Shown here piece after piece: positions 26,901-38,499 of a DNA stretch of 64,000 bases. The stretch's first letter is position 1, and each line of letters begins with the position of its first letter. Origin of the DNA: Magallana gigas (Eukaryota). The DNA is taken from assembly GCF_963853765.1 (NCBI RefSeq), contig NC_088854.1, positions 8,432,001-8,496,000 on the forward strand. The letters run 5' to 3'. The position numbers and the translations under genes are program-made. The notes below the pieces were generated by a model. It ran no database searches. It saw only the letters and a list, made by a program, of their open reading frames with translations, and was not told where the DNA came from.

Positions 26901-27655
26901 AAAAGATAAATGCACACCTGCATTGTGATCCTCCTACCTTTACCTGTCTACCTGCCTTCTGCATGCTCTTCTACATACAGTAGATGAACCAGACAATTTG
27001 AAATTGTGGCACTTCATGAATTCAGCTCTCAATTTTTTGCATTTTGAAACCAAATTTTATTAAATACCAGGCATTAATTTTTCTTATTGTCATGCCTTTA
27101 GGAAAACTAATTAAACATGTTTTGCTATTAAAAAGTATGAGATTCTGGCAAGGTTTATGACAAAAATATATTGTAATATTCAATTTTCTTTATAAATACA
27201 TAATGTATAATGTATGTTTAAGTTATTTATGATTATAAAAGAATGTAACTGAATGAATTTTAACTGCAGCATCCAAACGCCTGCCTTCACCTGAATCAAA
27301 AGACAATGGTGCCAGAGAGAGGACAGGGTCATTTCCCAGAATGCCTCCCAATACTAAGCCACCTCTGACCAAGATGAGCAGTGTCCCTATAGGGTGTGGG
27401 CTAGCGGGATCTACTCCCACCACAGGAAAGACGGAGCCTGAACCATCTTTATCTCATCAGAAGGAGAAAGGGAAGGTCAAATCGGACGTGACAAGAACGG
27501 TGACCAGTGGACGTGTGGTCGTGGATCAGTCAGAAGACACAGTCTCCATCTCCTCCGTAGAATCTGGTGTGTCTGTGTCACGCCGGGGGAATACCCTTTA
27601 CAGTGATGGAGAGGAACACTCTCAGTCCTCTAAAGACAGTGGCTATATCAAGTGA
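14928..27655 (+). CDS. TSC1: Hamartin (tuberous sclerosis 1). Exons: 14928-15057, 15659-15762, 15998-16150, 16722-16866, 18910-19064, 19223-19296, 19387-19544, 19899-20090, 20203-20273, 20376-20757, 20946-21494, 21594-21737, 21836-22002, 22386-22516, 23120-23216, 23669-23764, 24249-24390, 24576-24664, 24751-24819, 25002-25113, 27270-27655; non-coding exon ending 14687
   Basis: Hamartin motifs: LVDYF...LTSVREPHDK, QPMWVHKL, LIKCLK, DIFDIFGHL, ALYGLFHRLYGMFP, PMLERVRLHP, HDVIVLCAKMSID and PPADEV..LRGQI...QILYERNKRELHAKRNRRLLRK, followed by a long coiled-coil region. Exon phases are consistent with GT-AG boundaries. Confidence 0.96.
15243..15433. mobile_element. Degenerate Tc1/mariner-type MITE in TSC1 intron 1
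   Basis: The right end AAATATTTTCCCGTGTACAG is followed by TA. The left end CAGCATTCAGGGTTATTTTC is a decayed inverted counterpart. Confidence 0.45.
16296..16423 (+). mobile_element. Degenerate tRNA-derived SINE-like fragment
   Basis: A-box-like TAGTTCAGTTGC (16332) and B-box-like GAGTTTAAATCC (16375) at tRNA-like spacing. No intact cloverleaf is evident. Confidence 0.5.
18564..18594. repeat. (AATTCA)n microsatellite
   Basis: Run of about five AAATTC units seen directly. Confidence 0.85.
22492..22760 (+). repeat. 45/44-bp alternating tandem repeat (6 units) spanning a TSC1 exon/intron junction
   Basis: Units start with AGTACGAGAC at 22492, 22537, 22581, 22626, 22670 and 22715. Unit 1 includes the exon end and the donor CAG|GTAGGA at 22516/22517. 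Confidence 0.92.
23787..24004. mobile_element. 218-bp Tc1/mariner-type MITE (TA TSD)
   Basis: TA-CTGTAGATTCC ... GGAATTCACAG-TA: near-perfect short TIRs flanked by TA. Confidence 0.7.
25125..26330. repeat. Degenerate ~35-bp minisatellite in the last TSC1 intron
   Basis: Repeated GTACATCAGAGGGATCATGTAACACATATAATGTA variants, most homogeneous at about 25255-25600 and decaying outward. Confidence 0.9.
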
Positions 27656-28249
27656 CCAGTCTTCTACAGGTTGACAGGTTCTTATTAAAGGTGTTTTGGT
27701 TTAATTTAGCCAGTTGATATCTTCTGTATCATTATAAGTACCTGAGCCAGTATTAAATAAAAGAACCTTTTTCATCAAGGGCCATTTTAAACTAGGAGTA
27801 GATGAACTTTTGTTGATGTTATTTTACCATGTTGTCACTTCTTAGCATTCAGATATTAACCAGGATATGCATCTCAAATGTGAATACACATAACTGAGTG
27901 GTATATTTGTAATGTGTTAATGTATGGATATATAGTTTTGCTTGGTGTTTGGCAAACTGGCATTTAAAAAAAATATTTTTTTTAAATTGCATTATTAACT
28001 TATTGATTTATTTTGAATGTTATAAATTGTACCCGTTAAGAAGAAAGACTCCATTTATAATAAATGGATATATAAGATACCGGTACTATATGTAGCTTAG
28101 ATGGAGTTTAATTTAATTCTGAGCTATAATAATCTAGTCAGCTGGAATTGTTGTCTTTTCAAGCCACGCATGAAATTTGTCGGACTGTATGTACTTGATG
28201 TGTGTAATTTAATAAATGCATTTATAAATATGTATGCTGGGTTTTAGTT

Positions 28250-28339
28250 TTTTAGCTCACCTGAGCTATTCTGATCACATTTTGTCTGTCGTCCGTCTGT
28301 CCTTAAACTTTTCACATTTTCAACATCTTCTCAAGAACT

Positions 28340-28371
<32 letters not shown>

Positions 28372-30681
28372 TCATCCTTAGGCAAAGGGGATTCAAAGTT
28401 GTGAAAATTAAGGGCCACACCCGTTTTCAAGGGGAGATAATTAGAAATTAATGAAAAATTTCGAGAAATTTTCAAAAATCTTCTTCTCAAGAACCAGAAA
28501 GCCAGGAAAACTGAAACTTGTGTGGAAGCATCCTCAGGTAGTGTGGATTCAAAGTTGTGAAATTCATGACCCCCGGGGGTAGGGTGGGGCCACAATGGGG
28601 GGGTCGAAGTTTTACATAGGAATATATAGAGTAAATCTTTAAAAATCTTCTTCTCAGAAACTAAACAGCCAGGAAAGCTGAAACTTGTGTGGAAGCATCC
28701 TCAGGTAGTGTAGATTCAAAGTTGTGAAAATCATGACCCCCGGGGGTAGGGTGGGGCCACAATGGGGGGTCGAAGTTTTACATAGGAATTTATAGAGTAA
28801 ATCTTTAAAAATCTTCTTCTCAGAAACTAAACAGCCAGGAAAGCTGAAACTTGTGTGGAAGCATCCTCAGGTAGTGTAGATTCAAAGTTGTGAAATCATG
28901 ACCCCCGGGGGTAGGGTGGGCCCACAATGGGGGGGTCGAAGTTTTACATAGGAATATATAGAGTAAATCTTTAAAAATCTTCTTCTCAGAAACTAAACAG
29001 CCAGGAAAGCTGAAACTTGTGTGGAAGCATCCTCAGGTAGTGTAGATTCAAAGTTGTGAAAATCATGACCCCTGGTGGTAGGGTGGGGCCACAATGGGGG
29101 GGGGGGTCGAAGTTTTACATAGGAAAATATAGAGTAAATCTTTAAAAATCATCTTCTCAAAAACTAATCAGCCAGGAAAGCTGAAACTTGTGTGGAAGCA
29201 TCCTCAGGTAGTGTAGATTCAAAGTTGTGAATCATGATCCCTGGGGGTAGGGTGAGGCCACATTGGGGGGGGGGGGGTGTTAAAATTTTACATAGAAATA
29301 TATAGAGTAAATCTTTAAAAATCTTCTTCTCAGAAACTATTCAGCCAGAAAAGTTGAAACTTTTGTGGAAGCATCCTCAGGCAGTGTAGATTCAAAGTTG
29401 TGAAAATCATGATCCCTGGGGGTAGGGTGGGGCACAATGGGGGGGGGGGGGGTTGAAGTTTTACATAGGAATTTATAGAGTAAATATTTAAAAATCTTCT
29501 TCTCAGAAACTAAACAGCCAGGAAAGCTGAAACTTGTGTGGAAGTATCCTCAGGTAGTGTAGATTCAAAGTTGTGAAAATCATGATCCCTGGGGGTAGGG
29601 TGAGGCCACATTGGGGGGGGGGGTGTTAAAGTTTTACATAGGAATGTATAGAGCAAATCTTTAAAAATCTTCTTCTTAGAAACGGATCAGCAAGATGATT
29701 CTTTATAATTGTTAAGACTTTGGCTCCAGGACAATTTTTCGGCCTCACAAGAAGGTTCAGAGTTTGATGCAGCTAAATATCCCATATATAAACAATTGAA
29801 AAGGATCTTTTTGAAAACTGCAATACTCAACATGTGATATGACTATAAAATTGAGGCAGGCAGCTATTTCTTCATTAAAATCTTTTTGTATTTCTGTATT
29901 GAGTTATTGCCCTTGATTTATTGATTCTTGATTATTTTAATTAATGCATCCACTGTTAACCAATTATTGTGATGATTATTTTTATACAATAATAAATATT
30001 CAATGTATATAAGTTGTTCTGCATAAGTAGTTTTGGGTTAGGCCGGAGTAGTTTGTTTATTTTTGATTTCCAATTTTTAGATACTATGATTTATTTTAGG
30101 CCGGCACATATATAGGGACAGTGTCTCTTGCAATACCATGTGCAACTGTATGGGGTCAAACTTGAACAGATACGGATAGACTGAGTGTGTGGACACCCCT
30201 GCTCTATCTAATCTTTGTGTTTTCTAACCTATGATACAGAGTGTGCGCTCATTCCTGCCCTGTATAGCATTGATACAAGTGTGTGGTCATTCTTGCTTGT
30301 GGTGGTTGTGGCGGAACACTAGTAAATGGTCATCTCTGCTGGTGTTCTGGCCTTTCTAGCGCAAGTGTGCGGCACTCCCTGCTTGCGTTGTGTTGAGCTG
30401 TTGGCGCAAGTGTGCGGTCATTCCTGCTTGCGTTAACGATAGTACCTGTTGAGTTGCGTAGGTGTGCGGACATCCCTGCCTGTGTAACGTTGAGTCCCTA
30501 TACATGTGCAGGAGCGGTAACTAAAGTCTGCTCTTGTAAATATTGGCAGCAATCAGGTCTATCCGAGTTCCAAGGGGGAAAAATGGATTTTATTTATACA
30601 GGATCTACATGTATTATTGTACATTGTCCAGGTTGTTTGTATTATGACTCCATTAAGCTGACTTTATCATACCTATTGTTC

Positions 30682-30717
<36 letters not shown>
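28250..30717 (+). mobile_element. Non-autonomous Helentron/HINE-like element carrying a satellite array
   Basis: The 5' end is TTTTTAGCTCACCTGAG followed by a (GTCC/GTCT) microsatellite. The subterminal inverted repeat GCTCACCTGAG (28255-28265) pairs with CTCAGGTGAGC (30682-30692). A 3' palindrome GGCCCATGGGCC (30698-30709) is followed by TCTTGTTT. This is the known architecture of oyster Helentron-associated elements. Confidence 0.85.
28478..29680 (+). repeat. Cg170-like ~167-bp satellite array (7 full units plus a partial)
   Basis: Units start ATCTTC at 28478, 28645, 28811, 28977, 29148, 29321, 29494 and 29667. Spacings are 166-173 bp, and the length variation comes from an expanding G-run. 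Confidence 0.9.
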
Positions 30718-30779
30718 CTAAATGTGTTGTCTTTATTTCAATCTCCCAAACACGTGCTTCTGTAAACGAAATATTCCCA

Positions 30780-31250
30780 TTATTAGGGCCCTGCTCTGTT
30801 GGCGACCTACAGTGATCATGTCTGCCAAGATCACTTGTTCACAACATATCTTCTCTTCCCTTTGCCCAATCTGGGTCATGCTTCACCCACATAGTGCCTT
30901 TAGGTAAAGGGTGCACTGTGACCTTGAACAAAGTTTCTAGGTCAAAGGTTAAGGTGGTAGAAGAATCGTGAAAAATCCTTGTCCAGATCATTATATTCCC
31001 TCCCTCGGGTCCATTCTGGCTCATACTTCAACCACAGAGTGCCTTTGGTCATATGGTGTGCAAATGACGTTGAGGTCTAGGTTGTATCAGACCACACAAA
31101 AAATCTATGTTGAGAGCATATATACCCATACTCTCCTCTTAGCCCGATTTTGTTCATACTTCAAATAAACTAGCTGAGCTATTTGATAAAGGTTGTGAAC
31201 CAAGTTTCAAAGTAAAAAAATGTCATAGCAGATCTTTATAAAATCCAGTT
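30780..31250. repeat. Probable fragment of another Helentron-type interspersed repeat
   Basis: Starts TTATTAGGGCCCTGCTCTG and contains recurring GACCTTGA / AGGTCAAAGGT / CATACTTCA motifs, which resemble repeat cores of such elements. The ends were not resolved. Confidence 0.4.
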
Positions 31251-32679
31251 GACAACCATAAATTACTTCCCAGTGGCTTTATCTTGCTAGGATTAAACAA
31301 CGAGGGATGTACAATGAACATGCATTAAATTCTAAACGGCAAGGGAAAAATGTTTTTGCTATCCGTTAAGGTCAAAGCAAAACCTGATGAAATACATTTC
31401 ATTCAAATGTTAGCTATATAAGCAGGGCCTTTTGAGATGGTCACCTCTCATTGATGTCTAGTTTTTATATGCAAATGACCAACTCACAATCAAAGATTAT
31501 ATGTAATTTTATCAAGTTCTTTTGCAGTTGTTTGTGATTATAACTATCTGTGATCAGAGGTTATTTGCTCCTTACATAAATGTATGTCACATGTGTATAG
31601 CACTAGGTTTACTTTAGGACATAAGCAAAACCTTGTAAATTAGATGTAGTCAGATAGTCCAGGAGGTAGTTTACAGTTTTCCAAGGAATGTGACAATTTT
31701 AGAGCATATGGTACATCTTAATTCTAATAAGGTTTTTCTGTGAGTCTGAGCTGTTGATAGCACTTTTAAGAGCTTGAAAAAACTGGGGGTCTGAAAAATG
31801 CTTCGATGCCCAAGTTGATTATAGGGCAAGGGAAACCATACGTGGGCTTGAGCAATAAAAAAAAATACTGAAAGGGATACAAAGTAACATACATACAAAG
31901 CATACAAAGCCCTACCAGTACTACAGCAGAAGCTTGTCAGACTTTGTGGTAAAAAAAATTGCAGTTATCCTGATTTAGCTTAAACCAGAAAAAAGCTGTC
32001 AATGTGACAGCAAACCTGGTTTTCTTTTGTGTGAACAGTATCCATAATCCATTTGTCAACCCTGAATTGATAAACACAACCTATCCAGAGAAACAGGGTA
32101 CCTGTGCTCTATATGCAATATTTTATCCAGATATGATTAAGTACAACAGTTGGTATTTTTTTTCTTCATAAATTATCAAAATCTAGTAAGTAATATGCAC
32201 ATTTCTGGTATATGTACATTGATCTGCAAAACAACAACTTCCTATCTTGAAAACTGTAGGAGTTATCCATACAATAGGAGTACCCTTTTGGCATCCTGCC
32301 CACATTTTCACCATTTCAATAACCGAATTTTCCTTTTGAAAACACATTTAAAAACACTGCTCCAAAATATTGGCAAACCGTTGATATCGTAAAGGATAAC
32401 AAGAAATGTTTAAATTAAGAACAAATTTACACAATCTTGCTTACTAGATAATCTTCATAAACATATTTTAAATGTTTTACGAGCCTTGATTGCGTTAAGA
32501 AATATTTACGAAAGTAAGAATTTCTAGATAACAACTTTTAATTAATCACATTTGTGTAATTATGGGGTGTATTATTCCATAACGAGAGAGCAAATTCTGT
32601 CAGCATGAAGAATTAAAAACCAAATAAAGTATTGAATTAAATAAAAAGCCTTTATTTACAATACAATCACTTTATCTTT

Positions 32680-35600
32680 TCAAATTTTGGTGTTTTCTCT
32701 TTCTTCTTTAAGTTTTTCCTTTCTCTCTTCTTGCTTAGCTTGTGAGTATTTCTTAATAATGTTATATGGAAGTAGCTCTGGGTTTAGGATTTTGAATGGA
32801 ACGTCTGTCTTTTCCTCTTCCTCTGTTTTGTTCAGCAAGGATCTGTAATATTCCATATCGTAACCTCTAAAGGTCAGAGGCCCTTCCATGAACCCTAGGA
32901 AGAAACAGTTTCAAAATTATTTGCAATTAACTTCTTTTAAAAGTTAACATTAAAGCACCATTGATGCATAATATGGACAAGTTTTTTTAGTCTTTCCTAT
33001 CTGGCACTGTTTGAAGGTGTAGCTTATTATAACATTGAACACTAGGAATAAACCATTCTGTTCATGTGGATTTAGTAAAATTTGTCATTTTAAGGGTATG
33101 TAATTAAGAGACCATGGTTAACCAATAAAAACTTATGTTATTCTGTTTCACTGAGTGAAATTTGGAGCTCAATCTAGATTAATAAGATCACAATGGTCAG
33201 AGATTGACCAAATTAACCTTGAATATTGCATCAAATCACAGTTTACCAACATGTTAATATTTCTGGTGTACATTTATAGAATCAAAATGATCCATTCCTA
33301 GTTTGATCATGTCACATATTACACATTTTAAATGTACATGTACATGTTTTGATGGATATTACTAGTCCTATCAAAATTCACTCCGTTATATTTCCTCAAT
33401 GTCAAACTTTTCACTTTCTCACTTAAAATAAATTTTGGGAGATTTGTCACAACAGATTTCGTAATTGAAAAATTGAGAAAGTCCAAAATAAAATTGATCG
33501 CAACAGACTGGGTAATAAGATAGTTGAGACGAAAAATTCTTATCCACATTAACACCAAAAGTGTCCACAACATGATAAATAACAGCACAACTGCTCATCT
33601 TGCATACTAACCTTCCTCAATTGCCCTTTCTGTCGCTCGAACCAGGTTTCTCTGCTGTTTATTACAAACTCCAGTTTTCATGTTGTCAGCTACATGAACT
33701 GTGTTGGTATCTAGGAACTGCTTTAGAAGCTCAATGTGCTGTAAGCAGAAATGGGTACATGCACTTATAGAAATGTTAAATTTTTATCAAGTACACTTTT
33801 ATTATCAATTGCTCTGTTGCCCTATTCCGCGTTTTAACCTTTACATATGATTTGTGCAATTTCATGGACCACAACACTTTGCATAAAAAGCAGGAGTAAT
33901 TTCAAAATATTTGTACATATGCTACTACAATTTACTTTTAAAATATGAATAAACAAAATGAAGATATATGATTACCCTGTGGTCCACAACAAAGTAGATA
34001 TCTCGGCATACTGGACAAGGGTTGTTGGTCAAGAAAACTCCTTTATGCTGCAAGAAATGAATGTCAAAAAAGTTTGATATCAATATAAAAGATGATGAAG
34101 AAAAACGAAAATAAAATTCTGGAACTCTCAGCAATCAAATAATCCAAATTTGTAAGAGATGTCATGGTTCGATCCCTGTAATAACCTGAACTTTGATCCA
34201 AGTTGTTCTTTATGGTTTTGGTTCTGTTCTTCTGGGTTGCTATTCGAGGTGACTTCATTAACTTTTATAACATTTACAAAACAAAACACATCTGGGACAT
34301 TTACTTGGTAGATGGGTAGTTATAAAGTTGATATAGTGGAGGTATTAAAAATTGAAAAAAATCAGCCTTTCCTTTTTTACATCACTTAAGGTGGTATGGG
34401 ACACCTCCTTACTGTGACGTACTTTCGATCGAAATAAACAATAAAATCAAGCATAATTTGATAAACTTCTTATTTCCGGAAATTATCATCGAACATCGTA
34501 GCATTTTTATTAATTTTAATCTTTTCAAAATTTTTCTTAACATTTTTTTGGGTAAAATTTTGCAAACTTTGAAAATTCTAAATCAGTTTAAGTATTTTGA
34601 TTATAATGTACTTTAATCCACATTAATACTGGCAGGTGTCCCATACCACCTCTTGAAGAACTGAGCCATATATTTAAATTTATGCTGTTTCTCATTGTCT
34701 TACATCAAATTAAAGATATCCAAATCACATCATATATAATTTTATGTCAATTAACAAGCATTTTTTTTTTGGTTCGTTGGTCAGTCATATTTAAAAACCT
34801 ATGTTGTCGAGAGGAGATGGGGAAGTGCTTGTTTTGGAAAAGACTTGCTACATGCCATCACCCAGGGTCAGAATAATTCTACCTTATTGTTCATGAAATG
34901 TCGTACTCATTACAGCCCCGAGTGTCTAGTCATTTGATAAATACATGCATCTATACACATGTTCTACTATTTGAATCTATTTTTGACAAAAGTAGATTTT
35001 TTTATCTTCATTATTTTCAATAAATGTTCTATGCAGTATTGTAGGGGCGTGATATTTACTTTAAATGTTTGCAGTATTCTAGCCATTTGTAGGGGTATGA
35101 TACTTACTTTACAAGAATAGCGGGGCTTTGGCATGATGTTTCCTCTGTAGTTCCTCCTGTATCTCATCCAAACTTTGTCTGTGCCATAAGCTTTCCTGTA
35201 TGCTATAAGAAAAATGAGAAACAAATAAATCCCTTTATTGGTTCTTGCATTCTGAAGATGAGGCCAGCAGAGAGACAGAAAGGTGAAAAAACAGTTTTCA
35301 CATGCCTGCACTAGAGAAATACTCCATGCTCTGCTCTAGCGTGACATTAGGTGTTTTCTTCCTCTTATATTCAATTCCTCCATAGACACTTGGCAATTCA
35401 TCTGATTTCTTTTCATCTTCTTCATCTTGCCTCCATTTTAGTCTCATAGATCTATTGCATGATACCCCTAGCTACAAATAAAACACTTCATTACACCAAG
35501 GCTGACAGTGCAATATATACAATAAAATATGTTCAAATCCAGTGACAAACTAAATCTATTCAGCAAATGTCTTGTACTCTATGGATGATAATGTGGTTAT

Positions 35601-38040
35601 TCTTTACACATATTAAGTCGTTCATAGAATTATTTATTCAATACTTTGTTGAACTTCTTTTTTTATTGAAATATGGAACAATAATATTTCTTCTAATCAT
35701 TGTTTGGTTTTGCATTAAAGTTTTTTCTAAATAAACAAAGTTTTATATATACTTTTTTTTGAAATGATAGTTTAATTCTTATATCTGTTAACATCATTGC
35801 TGGTACAAGCTTCCGTAGTTTTCATCGTCTTCCAAAGATCCAAAATAAACACAATTTCTGCATTCATTTTCAAATTTCTCTTGCATGGTCAAGTTGAGTC
35901 AACTCATTGAACACAAACTCTATATTATGTGGTTTTTAGGCAGTAAAAGCAAACTGTCAATGGAAAATTCACAATCAATGCAAGACAGCTCATGATTTCC
36001 AAGAATTCAAAACCGTCTTATATTCGTTTGCAGCAGTGAATGACTCAAGTTTAAGGCCATGAAGATCAGTTGTATAAAGTACTTAACTTTAGTACCACAT
36101 TGCATTTCTCATGCAAGTATTTTTATTTATAAGTGGGATTTTTCTCATTTATTTTGCACACATCGAGAAAATTCCGAATTTGCAGGAGTTTCTTTTTTTT
36201 TTTTTTACTGAAAAGAGGAATAGTTCCCGTTTAGCGTAATCATTCCTCAACAGGTTGGGTACAGTTACCCTATTGAGGAATGTTTACGCTAAACAGGAAC
36301 TATTCCCCGTTTAAGTAATTAAAAAACTCCCGCAAATGCAGAATTTTCTCGATGTATGCCAAATAAATCAAAATCCCACTTAAAATCGCATGAGAAATGC
36401 AATATGGTGCAAAAGTACTTTATACAACTGACCTTCGTGGCCTAAAACTTTAGTCCTCTACTGCTGCAAACGAATATAAGACAATTTTGAAGACTTGGAA
36501 ATTGTGGGTATTTTTGCCTTGATCGTGAATTTTCCATTAATAGTTTACTTTCTCTGCCTAAAAATCCCAAAGTTTCAGAGTTTGTGTTCAATCACTTGAC
36601 ACAACTTGACCATGCAAAAGAAATTTACAAATAAATGCAAAAATTGTTGTTTATTTGGGATTAAATATTTTGATCTCGGGAAGACCATGAAAACTACAGA
36701 AGCTTGTACTAGCAATGATTTGAACACATATCGTAAAGTTGAACTATCATTTTATAAAAAGTGATATAAAACTATGTTTATTTAAAAAGCTTCAATCTAA
36801 AACCAAACAATGATTATAAGAAATTATTGTTCCATATTTAAAAAAATATGAACAAAATATTGAAAGAATAATTCTATGTGCGACTTAACATGTGTACAGA
36901 ATAAGGTGGCATGGGAGTTTTTTTTATACATTTCATTGTAGCCAGCGGAACTCTGTAACTAGTCTAGAGTTTCCTCAGTTCCCATTCATCACAAATACCT
37001 TTAATTCACTCTTTATAAGGCCAATTACCAATTTCTGAAGAAAATAAATAGTCAAAACCTGTAAAATTTTCTACATTCTGGTTTTCATGAGATTTTGACC
37101 CTTTCATATTTTGCTAATTTTTCATGATTTTTCAGATTTTTAGACCTCCCACAGCCAATTCCCTGCAAAGGGCTGACCTTCCGTTTCGTGTGCATGTTGC
37201 ACCATCACATGTCAGAAACTTCCCGGTGTATAGTTTACAATGTCCCATCCACCTACTTTTCGTGTAATTTACCCTCCAATCTGTAACTTGCAAAGTCACT
37301 GTGTAAAGTCAACACAACAGTCATAGCCGCAGATTTTGCATTTTACTTCTGATTCTCATGTACCTAACATATGGGGCCTACATATTGAATAAGAGACATC
37401 CCTCTAACTAATGATAATCATTAAAAATCATTTCATGAATTTTAGCATCACTCATTTTCATAAGCCTTCAAGTACTGCAATTCTCAATTTTACAAAAATA
37501 TTGACGGGTACTTTATCCGAAACTGTCCCTTGCTACCTAACCAAATTATGATCCATAGAGGCTACCGTAAGAAATTTGATAAATAGATTTTGTTTGTTAC
37601 TGAATTTCAATGAAACGCAGCTGTGAATATGAGAGTTTGAAGCATACACATAGTAAGTGGGTCCTTGTTGATAATAACATGTAAAAATATTCTTGCACTT
37701 ATTGTTCAGGTTAAAGAAAACAAGACGTGAGTGTAAAAACAGGTCAAAATTCCGCATTTGCTGGAATGTTTTTATTACTGAAACGGGGAATAGTTCCCGT
37801 TTAGCGTAAACATTCCTCAATATGATAAATGTGCCCAACCTGCTCAGTGTTCAATAGGGTATTGTGTCCAACCTGTTATGGTCAGATGGCTATGGGTATG
37901 GCTACTGTGCCAAAATCAATCTAGTAACACATGCTCCCGTCATTGTAAAGACCATAATAAATACTTTGCTCAAATACACTTACCAATTTAGCATCCAGTG
38001 ACAACAACTGAGAGCACGCTTTCTGAAAAACCTTCAACAT
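32680..38040 (-). CDS. MRPS18B: 28S mitochondrial ribosomal protein S18b (~243 aa). Exons: 38040-37984, 35471-35306, 35202-35108, 34047-33976, 33738-33612, 32894-32680
   Basis: The spliced translation includes YFSSAAYRKAYGTDKVWMRYRRNYRG, NNPCPVCRD, ELLKQFL and TGVCNKQQRNL, matching the mS40/MRPS18B pattern (YG..VW..YRRN.KG; NPCPICRD; TGVC.KQ). The N-terminus MLKVFQKACSQLLSL looks like a mitochondrial presequence. Phases are consistent (732 nt). A minus-strand AATAAA lies at 32651-32656. Confidence 0.9.
34390..34650. mobile_element. 261-bp Kolobok-like MITE in an MRPS18B intron
   Basis: Perfect 16-bp TIRs GGTGGTATGGGACACC (34390-34405) and GGTGTCCCATACCACC (34635-34650). TTAA lies on the left only. 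The interior is homologous to 63274-63588 but lacks the tRNA-like core. Confidence 0.8.
35597..36904. mobile_element. ~1.3-kb foldback element (two ~650-bp imperfect inverted arms, ~20-nt spacer) in MRPS18B intron 1
   Basis: Matching inverted blocks, for example CATCATTGCTGGTACAAGCTTCCGTAG (~35793) vs CTACAGAAGCTTGTACTAGCAATGAT (~36691), and CATTCCTCAA (36241-36250) vs TTGAGGAATG (36273-36282). The arms extend out to TTATTCT...AGAATAA. Confidence 0.85.
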
Positions 38041-38499
38041 GTTTTACTTTCACTTTGACATTGTCATCTCGATCTTGAGAACGCTTAGACGAGTCAACTC
38101 TGAAGAAGGGGAAGTTATATGTATTTTACCCATTCTTATTGAATAGAACCATCCGTTGTGGAAAAGTGTTGCTGAATGCAAAATAAGAGTATTCACAAAA
38201 TATCTTTTTATCATTTTTCAATTTGAGTATTTATCACAAGAATGCTAAAAGCATTGAAGATTAAAATTTCTACTTGTTTTAATTGCAAATTATATATGTC
38301 AATTACCTAATTTTGTGCAAAAAAAATTGAGAACCGGAGGGAAATGTTAAGAATCCGGATAGTGGGTGACAGTTTCCAGAAAATAAACATGTTTATTTGA
38401 ATTATCAAAAATAGCTACATGCGTTTTGATATTACTTTGATTTATTTTGAATGCACCTTGAAGCTAATTTTTTTGTTTAAAAGATTTTTTGTGTCTTTG

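Noticed and set aside
28338-28595. 85-aa ORF in the satellite or element head
   Set aside because: It is a chance ORF in repeat DNA with no Rep/helicase or transposase motifs.
30184-30482. CRISPR-like repeat-spacer array
   Set aside because: The context is eukaryotic, the repeats are degenerate, spacer lengths are irregular, and there are no cas genes.
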